A stretch of 64,000 nt of DNA from Candidatus Latescibacterota bacterium (GCA_965203175.1 OZ241867.1:4992001-5056000); one strand, 5' to 3'. Counted from the first letter of the stretch, positions 1-9,245 are shown. Made by a program: numbers and translations. The notes: generated from the letters alone by a model not told the origin.

Positions 1-1
1 C

Positions 2-1105
2 GGCTTCATTCTGCCCACGCACGATTGGTTCCACGTCGACCTGAAATCCCTCGTGTCCCATCTGGCCAAACGCGCTATGAAGGATAGCGGGGAGCAGGCG
101 GCGCAATTGCTGCACCGCTATCTGACGGCCGGAGAGGAAGCCAATCTCCCGGCATACGAGATCACGCTCTTGCACGGCTTGAAACTCGACCGGCGCTTCG
201 ATCTTGGCAGCGAAGCCTATCTGGCTCCCTACGAGGACGCCAAGGCAACCTATGGCCTGCCCGACGAACCCGAGAAGTGGCTCAACGGCGCTGGCCGGAA
301 TCCCCGTCCCGTTAGCACGGCCGCGCTCGTGCGCAGTCTAAGGTGGGGGCCAGGCGTCGCACCTCCTCCAGACGACGGCAATTTTTCCAATAAGTCCTGC
401 CGCGCGTGCGCCCCGAAAGTGAAGTACCGCTTCCCCGGTGACTACGAGCTCGACCTTGCAAACCGCTTTCCAGACGACAGCAAAGTCCTAATTGATCTGC
501 TGTCGATCGCCACGAGAAGTCCGCTGATCTCCCACACGAGCTTCGTCCGCGTCGCCAAGTGGGTCGAGGAGATTGATCCCAACTTTGCTTGCGGTTTTCG
601 CAGCTCCTCTGCCTACTTGTCCGATGCATGGCCCAAGGAACACCAATTCTGCCAGCACGATGCAGCTACTTTCGCTGCATTGGCCAGCCGCTGGTGTACC
701 TATCGCGGCAAGCGCGATGTTATCGACCTGGCGATCCGCCGCCTCGCCGCCTCTTTCGCTCGGGGCGGCGGCCCCTTTAGCGCGGAGGACCGCATCCTCG
801 ATGTCTCCATCGCCTTGGAGATCATGTACGGTCCGATCAAACATAAACTGACCTACCAACTGGCGACCCGGGCGAAACGCCTACTCGGCCAAGGCACCGA
901 CCAACGCGGCTGGATATCCGCTAGAGTAAAGTCCTTCTACGAAGTCCGTTCGGCCATCGTGCACGGGCAAAAGAAGATCAAAGGCGGTCGCCGCGCTATC
1001 GACAAGGCACTGGAGGACGGCCGCGACCTAGCCTGCCTCACGCTCTCGGAATTGCTATCCCGAGGGCCGGTAAGGAATTGGAATAAACCCATGGGGGACA
1101 TATAA
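2..1105 (+). CDS. HEPN-domain protein (Apea-like HEPN), 5'-truncated by the window edge
   Basis: The frame is open from position 2 (GFILPTHDWF...). The C-terminal part has DxxIALExxY and YEVRSAIVHG, the Rx4H HEPN motif. Confidence 0.75.
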   Translation, partial: GFILPTHDWFHVDLKSLVSHLAKRAMKDSGEQAAQLLHRYLTAGEEANLPAYEITLLHGLKLDRRFDLGSEAYLAPYEDAKATYGLPDEPEKWLNGAGRNPRPVSTAALVRSLRWGPGVAPPPDDGNFSNKSCRACAPKVKYRFPGDYELDLANRFPDDSKVLIDLLSIATRSPLISHTSFVRVAKWVEEIDPNFACGFRSSSAYLSDAWPKEHQFCQHDAATFAALASRWCTYRGKRDVIDLAIRRLAASFARGGGPFSAEDRILDVSIALEIMYGPIKHKLTYQLATRAKRLLGQGTDQRGWISARVKSFYEVRSAIVHGQKKIKGGRRAIDKALEDGRDLACLTLSELLSRGPVRNWNKPMGDI

Positions 1106-2602
1106 ATGACAGAATCGACGCAACGCGACTTTGACCCGCGCCGTCTGCAACTGGCGTCGGATCCGTACCGTCCAGCATACCACTTTCTAGCCCCGATCAA
1201 CTGGATGAACGACCCAAACGGGACCATTTTCTGGAAGGGCCGATACCACATCTTTTACCAGTACAATCCCAATGGCGCTTTCCACGGCACGATCCATTGG
1301 GGCCACGCCTCCAGTGCGGATTTGGTTCACTGGACGGACCATCCCATTGCGCTGCCGCCCGGCCCAGAGGGAGCCGACCGGGACCAGTGCTACAGCGGCG
1401 CGGCGTTTATCAACAAAGAAGGGGTACCCACATTCATCTATCACGGCTTGCCGGATGGCATCTGTCTCGCCACCAGCGACGATGATATGCTCATCCATTG
1501 GGAAAAGCACCCGGCGAACCCGATTATACCCAATCCGCAGTCAGGCGATGAATATCGGATTGCTGGTGCCCCGTGCGCTTGGGTCGAAGGAGATACCTAC
1601 TACGCACTGACCGGCAACAGCGGTGCTGCCCCGCCAGACGCGGCGTATCTATTCACCTCCACAGACCTCGCACATTGGGAGTATTTGCATCCCTTCTACG
1701 AGGGCGGCCGTTTCACCGAGTGGGGCGAGGACTGCGGCTGTCCCGATTTTTTTCGTTTGGGGGACAAACATATCCTGTCCTTCACCAGTCACCCGCGCGG
1801 GGCGCAATTCTACATCGGCACGTACGCCAACCACAGGTTCACCCCGGAACGCCACAAGCGATTAGCACTCGGCGAAACAGGTCGTCCCGGTGTGTACAAC
1901 GAGGGCTTGACGCTGCTGGACGACAAGGGCCGACGCATTCTATTCGGCCGCCTCCACGAAGGACGCTATAGTTACGTCCAACGCGCCTCGGGCTGGGCGG
2001 GGATGTTTGCCCTGCCGATGGTGCTGTCGTTGTCCGAGGGCGGAGATTTGCTCGTGGAACCCGTTCCAGAGCTAGAGGCGTTGCGCGGCGAGCACGCGCA
2101 CTCTTCCGACATCCAATTGACCGCGGACGAAGATTGTCACCTCGATGCAATCAAAGGGAACCGGCTGGAAATTCGCGCGGTGTTTGAATGGGAGAGCGCC
2201 GAAGAATTCGGCCTAAAGGTTTGCTGTTCTCCAGACGGCGCAGAGCAAACCCTCATTCGCTTCAACCTCAATCCATGGTCAGCCAACCGCGCGCCGCAAG
2301 AGATTCGCCCGCTCAGGGAGTTGATTTTGGACGTAAGTCGGTCCAGCATCAGTCCAGAGGTGAGCAACCGCGAATCCCAACGGTGTGCGTTTGATCTCCC
2401 TTACGGCGAGCCGCTAGAATTGCGGGTATTCGTGGATCGGAGCGTGGTAGAGGTTTTTGCCAATGACCGCCACTATCTGGCCAAGCGCATCTATCCCGCC
2501 CGCCCAGATAGCCTCGGCGTACAGCTATTTGCCCGAGGCGGCAAGGCGACCGTGCGATCGCTAGACGTGTGGCAGATGGGGGCGGTCTGGCATATTGAAT
2601 AG
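1106..2602 (+). CDS. Glycoside hydrolase family 32 protein with non-canonical catalytic motifs
   Basis: WMNDPNG, HIFYQYNP and WGHASSADLVHW are present, plus the C-terminal LRVFVDRSVVEVFAND beta-sandwich. The RDP and EC motifs are replaced by GAP and GC. Confidence 0.9.
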   Translation: MTESTQRDFDPRRLQLASDPYRPAYHFLAPINWMNDPNGTIFWKGRYHIFYQYNPNGAFHGTIHWGHASSADLVHWTDHPIALPPGPEGADRDQCYSGAAFINKEGVPTFIYHGLPDGICLATSDDDMLIHWEKHPANPIIPNPQSGDEYRIAGAPCAWVEGDTYYALTGNSGAAPPDAAYLFTSTDLAHWEYLHPFYEGGRFTEWGEDCGCPDFFRLGDKHILSFTSHPRGAQFYIGTYANHRFTPERHKRLALGETGRPGVYNEGLTLLDDKGRRILFGRLHEGRYSYVQRASGWAGMFALPMVLSLSEGGDLLVEPVPELEALRGEHAHSSDIQLTADEDCHLDAIKGNRLEIRAVFEWESAEEFGLKVCCSPDGAEQTLIRFNLNPWSANRAPQEIRPLRELILDVSRSSISPEVSNRESQRCAFDLPYGEPLELRVFVDRSVVEVFANDRHYLAKRIYPARPDSLGVQLFARGGKATVRSLDVWQMGAVWHIE

Positions 2603-2636
2603 GGCCGTTTCGCGGTTTTAGCTGTGGAACGCTGAA

Positions 2637-3995
2637 CTAGGTCGGCTCCCAGCCCTTTTGCCGCAGTTCCTCTTCCAACAGGCCCAAACACTCGTCGATA
2701 ATGGCCAGAGACGCGTCGAGTTGTTCTTGCGTAATGATCAACGGCGGATAAAAGCGCAAATCGTCGCCCTCGACCCAATCGGCTCCCCCGCTAGCGCCCG
2801 AAATAGCCAAGCCCCGTTCCAAGGTCAGTTGAGGCACGCGCCGCGACACACCCCACTCGGGGGGAAAGGGCTTGCGGCTGCGGCGATCCTGGACCAGTTC
2901 AATGCCCAACATTAGGCCCTTACCGCGCACTTGGCCGACGCAAGCATGGCGCGTTAAGCCCTGGGCCTTTTCCTGCAAATAGTCCCCGACTTGAGCGGCG
3001 TGTTCTACGATGCCTTCTTCTTTTAGCAACTCCAGTACGGCCAAGCCAGCGCGCATAGACACCGGATTATTGACATAGGTAAAAACGTGCGGCAGAGCTT
3101 GGCCGCTGCGGGTGAGGTCCTGCCGCATCTGTCCGCTCAGTAACACCCCTCCTAAGGGAGCGTACCCGCTGCTGGCCCCTTTGCCGAAAACGATCATATC
3201 GGGCACCACATCCCAGTGCTCAATGGCAAAGAGTTTGCCGGTGCGGCCAAAGCCAGTGATGATCTCGTCGGCGATAAAGAGGACGTCGTGCTCGTCGCAT
3301 ATCTGACGGATGAGAGGGTAGTAGTCGGACGGCGGAACCCCGGCGGCAATCCCGGCCATGACCACCGGCTCGGCGATAAAAGCGGCGATATTATCCGCTC
3401 CTACCTCGCGGATGGTCTCTTCTAACTGACGGGCACATGTCAAATTGCAGTGATCTTCGCAACCGGCAAAAGCACAGCGGTAGGGATAGCACGAGGCTAT
3501 GTGCGGAAAAGTCGGCAGATATGGCTCAAAGGGTGCTCGCAGCCCCGGCATCCCGGTAGCAGCCAAAGCACCCAAGGTAGCACCGTGATAGCCGCGCCAG
3601 CGACCAATGATCTGGTGCTTTTGCGCCTGGCCCCGCTGCACATGGTACAGGCGGGCCAGTTTAATAGCCGTCTCCACGCCTTCAGAGCCGCCCGAGACAA
3701 AGTACGCGTGGTTCAAATCGCCGGGGGCCAATTCGGCCAAGCGGTGGGCGTACTCGAGGGCTGGCTGGTTGGTAAAAAACGTCGAAAAGCAATAGGCCAA
3801 CTCCCGTCCCTGGTCGGCCATGGCCTCGACGATGGCGTGACGACCGTGGCCCAAGGTGACGTTGCCAGCCCCGGCCGTGCCGTCGATATAGCGATTGCCC
3901 GCTTCGTCGTATAAGTAAATCCCCTCGCCCTTGACGAGGACCGGGTAAGTGTAGTGTGGGTCGCGGTGGAGAAGCGCTGGGTCGGTGGTGGTCAT
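2637..3995 (-). CDS. Class III PLP-dependent aminotransferase (omega-amine/BioA-like)
   Basis: Motifs SGGSEGVETA, GYHGAT, AFIAEPV, FIADEIITGFGRTG and PDMIVFGKG (PLP lysine). Confidence 0.9.
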   Translation of the reverse strand: MTTTDPALLHRDPHYTYPVLVKGEGIYLYDEAGNRYIDGTAGAGNVTLGHGRHAIVEAMADQGRELAYCFSTFFTNQPALEYAHRLAELAPGDLNHAYFVSGGSEGVETAIKLARLYHVQRGQAQKHQIIGRWRGYHGATLGALAATGMPGLRAPFEPYLPTFPHIASCYPYRCAFAGCEDHCNLTCARQLEETIREVGADNIAAFIAEPVVMAGIAAGVPPSDYYPLIRQICDEHDVLFIADEIITGFGRTGKLFAIEHWDVVPDMIVFGKGASSGYAPLGGVLLSGQMRQDLTRSGQALPHVFTYVNNPVSMRAGLAVLELLKEEGIVEHAAQVGDYLQEKAQGLTRHACVGQVRGKGLMLGIELVQDRRSRKPFPPEWGVSRRVPQLTLERGLAISGASGGADWVEGDDLRFYPPLIITQEQLDASLAIIDECLGLLEEELRQKGWEPT

Positions 3996-3997
3996 CT

Positions 3998-5101
3998 TTA
4001 TCCATCCTCATCTAATTTTGGCAACACCTCGCGCAACACCTTCGCAAAGGCTTGCCGCTCGGCTGCCGGCCCCACAGTCAGACGGATGCAGCGGTCGAGC
4101 GGGGCCACGCCCGGCATCCGCACGAAAACTCCGTGCTGCAAGAGCACCTGCATCAGGCTCCGCGCACGCTCGCCACTGACCACGTCAAGCGCCACGAAGT
4201 TAGTCGCCGAGGGCACCGTTTTCAGTCCCAATTCCACTGCCAGCGCCTCGTAATCCCGCCGTCCTTCCTCCACTTGCCGCACCACCGAGTGCACAAACTC
4301 ATCGTCGCCCAGCGAAGCCAGCGCCCCAGCTTGGGCAATGCGATTGACGCCAAAGTGATTGCGCACCTTGTCGAGCGCGGCCACCATGTCGCGGTGCGCC
4401 AGCGCGTAGCCGACCCTAGCTCCGGCCATGCCGTGCGCCTTGGAAAACGTCCGCAGCCGCACCACCTGTGCCCGTTCTGTATCCAGCGGCAACAGAGCAT
4501 CCTCCGGCGCGAAGTCGATATACGCCTCGTCGAGCAGCAACACACAATCCGGCGGCAACCCCGCGATAAAATCCCGCAACTCGTCAACCCGCTGATAGGT
4601 GCCCATGGGATTGTCGGGATTGGCCACGTAAATCAGCTTGGGACGCACTTGCCGCGCCTTGTCCAACAGGGCCGGCAAATCCTCCCGGTCCGCGCGATAG
4701 GGCACCTTGTGCAATACCGCCCCGTGCCCCTCGACATGGTAGTTAAACGTCGGATAGGCCCCCAGCGACGTCACCACCGCATCGCCCGGCTCGGCGAAGA
4801 GACGCACTAGTAGCCCCAACAGTTCATCAATCCCCGCGCCCAAGGCGACCTCTTCCCGCGCCACCCCATGCCGCACCGCCAGCGCCGAGCGCAGCTCGTA
4901 TCCCTCTGGATCGTTGTACCAATGCACTTGATCCACCGCCTCCACCATGGCCTGCCGCGCCTTCGGCGAAATCCCAAAATTGCTCTCGTTAGCCCCAACC
5001 CGCAGGGCAAGCGGCTGTCCCTGCTCCCTCTCCAGCGCCTCGGGTGGCACAAAGGGAACGGTCGCTGGCAAAGCGCGGACGATGTGCGTAAACGGCAGCA
5101 C
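3998..5101 (-). CDS. Class I/II PLP aminotransferase, histidinol-phosphate aminotransferase-like
   Basis: Motifs GANES, NPDNPMG, LDEAY and RTFSKAHGMAGARVGY. GTG start, 3 bp after the upstream stop. Confidence 0.85.
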   Translation of the reverse strand: MLPFTHIVRALPATVPFVPPEALEREQGQPLALRVGANESNFGISPKARQAMVEAVDQVHWYNDPEGYELRSALAVRHGVAREEVALGAGIDELLGLLVRLFAEPGDAVVTSLGAYPTFNYHVEGHGAVLHKVPYRADREDLPALLDKARQVRPKLIYVANPDNPMGTYQRVDELRDFIAGLPPDCVLLLDEAYIDFAPEDALLPLDTERAQVVRLRTFSKAHGMAGARVGYALAHRDMVAALDKVRNHFGVNRIAQAGALASLGDDEFVHSVVRQVEEGRRDYEALAVELGLKTVPSATNFVALDVVSGERARSLMQVLLQHGVFVRMPGVAPLDRCIRLTVGPAAERQAFAKVLREVLPKLDEDG

Positions 5102-5104
5102 GAG

Positions 5105-5932
5105 TTAAGACCACACGTAGATTTCGTCGTCGTCTTCGGCATAGCCAATGAAGACGGCGAGCACCACCCGCGGATCGTCCCCCTGTACTGCCGGGACCTC
5201 GTGGATGCAGCGAGTATTGAAGAAATACAAATCGCCCGGCTCAAGCGCGACCTCGCAGTGCTCCACGCCGTGCGCAGCCGCGTACTCGTGAAAACGGCCC
5301 TCGGCGATATACGGCTGTATCTCGTCAGTCCACAGGCAACGGTGCAACACAGCCTGTACTCCGGGACCCGCAGAATCCGCGTTCTGCACGCACAGCACGC
5401 CGGCAAATTGGTGGGTAAAGCGCGCCACCTCGTAATTGAACCGCTTTTCGCGCAGGACTACGTGGTCGATGTGCGGACTATAGGAGTGCCTCTCGTAGTG
5501 GATGCGAAAAATCGCCGGGCCGTACAAGCGCCCGTCGCGCTCACGCGCCGTCTTAACCTCCTTGTTGGAAGTCAACGCCTGCAAGTGCTGATAGAGCAGT
5601 TGCACCGGGTCGATCAAACCCTCAAAAAGGGTAGCAAAAAGCGCGTGCGTCTCCTCCGCATCCGCCAAGAATGCCTCTTGGTCTCCGCCCAAGTTACCGA
5701 GACTAGTACCGATGTCGATGCGCGAGCGCACGTCGCCTGGAGCGCGCAGCAATCCGCGCTCGGCAAAGCGCTCCATCAGCCGCTGACAGTCGGTTGGCAT
5801 GCAGACCTGGGGCAACAGGATCGCCGGTATATCCGCCCGCGCCAAGGCGCGAAGCGGATCGGCGCACTCGTCCGGCCCCACGGGCCGCCACAATGCACTC
5901 GCGGCGTTTTCTTCGTACGTTGTTCTCTGCAA
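5105..5932 (-). CDS. Fe(II)/2-oxoglutarate-dependent oxygenase
   Basis: HxD (PHID), distal His (RCIHEV) and the 2OG-binding Arg (PRVVL). The start is re-called at TTG 5932 with AGGAG 8 nt upstream, because the longer ORF overlaps the divergent gene. Confidence 0.7.
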   Translation of the reverse strand: MQRTTYEENAASALWRPVGPDECADPLRALARADIPAILLPQVCMPTDCQRLMERFAERGLLRAPGDVRSRIDIGTSLGNLGGDQEAFLADAEETHALFATLFEGLIDPVQLLYQHLQALTSNKEVKTARERDGRLYGPAIFRIHYERHSYSPHIDHVVLREKRFNYEVARFTHQFAGVLCVQNADSAGPGVQAVLHRCLWTDEIQPYIAEGRFHEYAAAHGVEHCEVALEPGDLYFFNTRCIHEVPAVQGDDPRVVLAVFIGYAEDDDEIYVWS

Positions 5933-5945
5933 ATCTAAGACTCCT

Positions 5946-6962
5946 ATGGATAGCGTTACGCAAATCGCACTCGGCGCAGCCGTCGGCGAAAAAGTTTTAG
6001 GCAAAAAGGTTGGCAACAAGGCCCCCCTGTGGGGCGCGGCTCTCGGTATCCTCCCAGACCTCGACGTATTGGGCGCGGCCTTTCTGTCGGGGACCGACCA
6101 ATTGGGCTTTCACCGCTGGATGTCGCACTCCCTGCTCTTTGCGGTAGGCGGCGGCCTCGGGATAGGCTGGGCATTGTCTAAGCTACACCGCGACGCGAGC
6201 TGGCGCGAGTGGGCCACACTGGCGTTCTGGGCGATTCTCACGCACGCCCTCCTCGACTGCTTCACCGGGTACGGCACCCAATTGTTCAGCCCGTTCAGCA
6301 ATTACCCAGTCGCCTTCGGTTCCATCTTCGTCATAGACCCGCTCTATACCCTGCCCTTAGCCATTGGCCTCATCGCCGCCCTGTGCCAACGGCAACAGCA
6401 CTGGAGGCGGCGGCTCAACGCGCTGGGACTGTGCTTGAGCACGGCGTACTTGCTCGCCACCGCCGCAATCTGCCTGCACGTGCGCAGCACCTTTGCCCAC
6501 GCCCTTGCGGACCAAGGCATTGCCTACGAGCGCCTGCACGTCGTGCCGACCCCGTTCAACGCCGTGCTGTGGTCAGGCTTGGCTGGCGAGGACGATCACC
6601 TGTGGACCGGACTATATTCCCTGCTCGACGACTCGGCGATCCGCTTCCGCCGCATCGAGCGCAACACCCATCTCATCGCCCCCCAGCGCGACGACCCGCC
6701 AGTCCAGCGCCTGTTCTGGTTTTCTCGCGGGTACTATCGGGTGGAGCGCCGCGCCGACGCGCTCTACTTCTACGACTTGCGCTTTGGCCGCTCTGACTTC
6801 TATCTCGACTCCACCGGGACCTACTTCTTCGCGTTCCACCTGTTGCCGGATCCATCCCATCCTGAGCGCATCGCCGATCTCCAGCGTATCGGCAATCCGT
6901 TCAATGCCCTGCGCACCGATCAATCCCTTACGCGGCTCTGGCACCGCCTAACTGGTATCTAA
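5946..6962 (+). CDS. Membrane-bound metal-dependent hydrolase (YdjM/YfhP-like)
   Basis: MDSVTQIALGAAVG start, with LPDLD, HRWMSHS, THALLD and IFVIDPLYTLPL motifs and several TM helices. Confidence 0.85.
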   Translation: MDSVTQIALGAAVGEKVLGKKVGNKAPLWGAALGILPDLDVLGAAFLSGTDQLGFHRWMSHSLLFAVGGGLGIGWALSKLHRDASWREWATLAFWAILTHALLDCFTGYGTQLFSPFSNYPVAFGSIFVIDPLYTLPLAIGLIAALCQRQQHWRRRLNALGLCLSTAYLLATAAICLHVRSTFAHALADQGIAYERLHVVPTPFNAVLWSGLAGEDDHLWTGLYSLLDDSAIRFRRIERNTHLIAPQRDDPPVQRLFWFSRGYYRVERRADALYFYDLRFGRSDFYLDSTGTYFFAFHLLPDPSHPERIADLQRIGNPFNALRTDQSLTRLWHRLTGI

Positions 6963-7072
6963 GAAGCGATCCTGAAAATTCTCGGCGAGCCGTGTTAAGC
7001 AGGGTCGAGAGACCTTTCGCGGACGAGCCGCCCTTGCTCTAGCACCCAAGGGACGACACCCAGAGCTTTCAA

Positions 7073-7101
7073 TTGCCTGCCTCCCTTAGGCTAAGTATAT
7101 T
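7073..7101 (+). promoter_or_regulatory. Putative sigma70 promoter of the LRR lipoprotein
   Basis: TTGCCT-N17-TATATT, ending 47 bp before ATG 7149. Confidence 0.45.
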
Positions 7102-7148
7102 TTTCTCAACTTGCCTCTTTTTTTTGATAGAGTTATCGAGGCTCCCCC

Positions 7149-9203
7149 ATGCTACGCTTGATCTTCCTCCTCGCCCTATTCGTTAGTCTTTCCTGCTCCA
7201 AGGAGTCGCCGCCGACCGCGCCGGCTGCAAAAAGAACCTGCGAATTGTGCGACTTTTTCGGCTCCTTTCAAGATCAATCGGACGGGGATACTGCGTCCGA
7301 TAGTTCCTCGGTTTCGTCGCCTGACAGTTCCTCGATTTCGCCGCCTGACAGTTCCTCGATTTCGTCGCCTGACAGTTCCTCGGTTTCGTCGCCTGACAGT
7401 TCCTCGGCTTCGTCGCCGTCCGATGGGGTGTTCATCCCGGATGCAAATCTGAGGACGTATATCGAGCAGTTGCTAAATAAGAATCCCGGGGAGCCGATCA
7501 CGCAAGCGGAGATGCTTACGATACAGTACTTTATGGGAGGAATCGGTTTAGGGATTAAAGACCTTAGAGGTTTAGAAACAGCGAAGAATCTGCGATACGT
7601 ATATCTTTCTAACAATCAGATTTCGGATCTGACGCCCTTGGCCAACTTGGACAAGCTGCAAAACTTATTTCTTAACCAGAATAATATTTCAGATATATCG
7701 CCATTGATCGCGTTGCCTCGCTTGAAAACATTAGTGATTGGTGATAACCCTTTAAGTGCAGCTTCTATCCAAGAACATATCCCAGCCATTCAAGGCCGTG
7801 GGGTCAATGTAGATTTTTGGATTCCCTCTTCCTCATCGCCGTCCGATGGGGTGTTCATCCCGGATGCAAATCTGAGGACGCTTATAGAACAGGTGTTAAA
7901 TAAGAGACCCGGAGAGCCGATCACGAAGAGGCCCGGAGAGCCGATCACGCAAGAGGAGATGCTTACGATAGAGTACTTGAGGGGACACAGTAGAAGGATT
8001 AAAGACCTTCGAGGTTTAGAAACAGCGAAGAATCTGCGATCATTAGATCTTGGTTCCAATCAGATTTCGGATCTGACACCCTTGGCCAACTTAAACCAAC
8101 TGACCACCTTAGATCTTGGTTCCAATCAGATTTCGGATCTGACGCCCTTGGCCAACTTAAACCAACTGACCCGCTTAGAGCTTTCTGACAATCGGATTTC
8201 GGATCTGATACCATTAGTGAACTTAGACAAGCTGATATTCTTAAGTATTGGCATGAATGATTTTCTAGATATATCGCCGCTAACCGAGTTGCTTGACTTG
8301 GAAACTTTATCTCTTTGGATGAATGTCTTAAATGAAGTCTCCGTCCAAGAATACATCCCAGCTCTTCAAGGCCGTGGGGTCGATGTAGATTTTTCCCCTG
8401 TATATACAATTCCAAATGTGGAAAGTCCCTTCGATATTGAGTTAGTCTTTCTCGATGATTTCACAGAGTTAGAGCGGGAGCTGTGGCACCTGATTGCGAA
8501 GCGTTGGGAAGCGGTGATACAGATGGAACTTCCCGATTACGAGCTTTCTCGTGAGTTTTTTGCCTCGTTTGCTGGACGCCAGGTTAAAGTACCTGCCGGC
8601 GAATACATAGACGACCTACGAATTTATGTAACGAAGTTTGACCCAGACGAGTATGAGCTAGCATATGGGCGAAGACCAAATGGCATTGCGAGTCCCCTGC
8701 TATTGCGCTCAAGCTCTTTGCCGATTATTGGTCATGTTGGAATTAACCAAGAGAGAGCTACTCGACTCACTGATGCTTGGCATACAGGACGCCATGAAAT
8801 AGGACACGTTTTGGGAATTGGCAGCATCTGGTTCGACAGTGGGATGCTTCCTGATCTAGGTACCGTTATTCATCCTCATTTTGCCGGTCCGCAAGCGATT
8901 GCGGCTTTTGATCGAGCCGGGGGCACCAATTACCAAGGTGCGAAAATCCCAACAGAACTAGGAAGGCATTGGCACGGTGGCGTTTTGTCCGGTGAGCTTA
9001 TGTCAACAACCTCTAATGGATTTCGTCAACTTTCAGCCATAACGCTTGGAGCGCTGAGTGATCTGGGCTACACAGTTGATTTTTCCGCGGCCGATCCCTA
9101 CGAGCTCCACACAGGCGCATACGGATTCGCAAAACCCGTCGCCGACGCGGTGCCCTTATGCTCGTTTGAGGGACTGCCCGCGCCAGTCTATGTGGACGAT
9201 TGA
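7149..9203 (+). CDS. Lipoprotein with internalin-like LRR domains and a C-terminal leishmanolysin-like (M8) zinc metalloprotease
   Basis: Lipobox-like VSLSC, Ser-rich linker, two IPDANLR caps, LDLGSNQISDLTPLANL repeats, HEIGHVLG, a third His (RHW) and the ELM Met-turn. Confidence 0.85.
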   Translation: MLRLIFLLALFVSLSCSKESPPTAPAAKRTCELCDFFGSFQDQSDGDTASDSSSVSSPDSSSISPPDSSSISSPDSSSVSSPDSSSASSPSDGVFIPDANLRTYIEQLLNKNPGEPITQAEMLTIQYFMGGIGLGIKDLRGLETAKNLRYVYLSNNQISDLTPLANLDKLQNLFLNQNNISDISPLIALPRLKTLVIGDNPLSAASIQEHIPAIQGRGVNVDFWIPSSSSPSDGVFIPDANLRTLIEQVLNKRPGEPITKRPGEPITQEEMLTIEYLRGHSRRIKDLRGLETAKNLRSLDLGSNQISDLTPLANLNQLTTLDLGSNQISDLTPLANLNQLTRLELSDNRISDLIPLVNLDKLIFLSIGMNDFLDISPLTELLDLETLSLWMNVLNEVSVQEYIPALQGRGVDVDFSPVYTIPNVESPFDIELVFLDDFTELERELWHLIAKRWEAVIQMELPDYELSREFFASFAGRQVKVPAGEYIDDLRIYVTKFDPDEYELAYGRRPNGIASPLLLRSSSLPIIGHVGINQERATRLTDAWHTGRHEIGHVLGIGSIWFDSGMLPDLGTVIHPHFAGPQAIAAFDRAGGTNYQGAKIPTELGRHWHGGVLSGELMSTTSNGFRQLSAITLGALSDLGYTVDFSAADPYELHTGAYGFAKPVADAVPLCSFEGLPAPVYVDD
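7299..7418 (+). repeat. Five copies of a 24-bp in-frame tandem repeat (DSSSxSSP)
   Basis: Unit gacagttcctcg(g/a)tttcgtcgcct starts at 7299, 7323, 7347, 7371 and 7395. Confidence 0.95.
8043..8174 (+). repeat. Near-identical 66-bp tandem LRR duplication
   Basis: ttagatcttggttccaatcagatttcggatctgac...aaccaactgacc starts at 8043 and again at 8109. Confidence 0.9.
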
Positions 9204-9213
9204 CCAAACAGAA

Positions 9214-9245
9214 GCGGGCGCGAAGGATGCCGCCTCCGCGCCCGC
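9214..9245. terminator. GC-rich hairpin just after the LRR gene
   Basis: gcgggcgcg...cgcgcccgc inverted repeat between convergent genes; no clear U-tract. Confidence 0.4.

Noticed and set aside
4868-5938. Long antisense or alternative-frame ORFs (e.g. 4868-5938, 15332-16366, 17848-18867, 24018-25154, 61759-62652)
   Set aside because: They are shadows of well-supported genes on the opposite strand in GC-rich DNA and carry no motifs.
7299-7418. 24-bp repeats as a CRISPR array
   Set aside because: The units are contiguous with no spacers, lie in frame within a CDS, and no cas genes are present.
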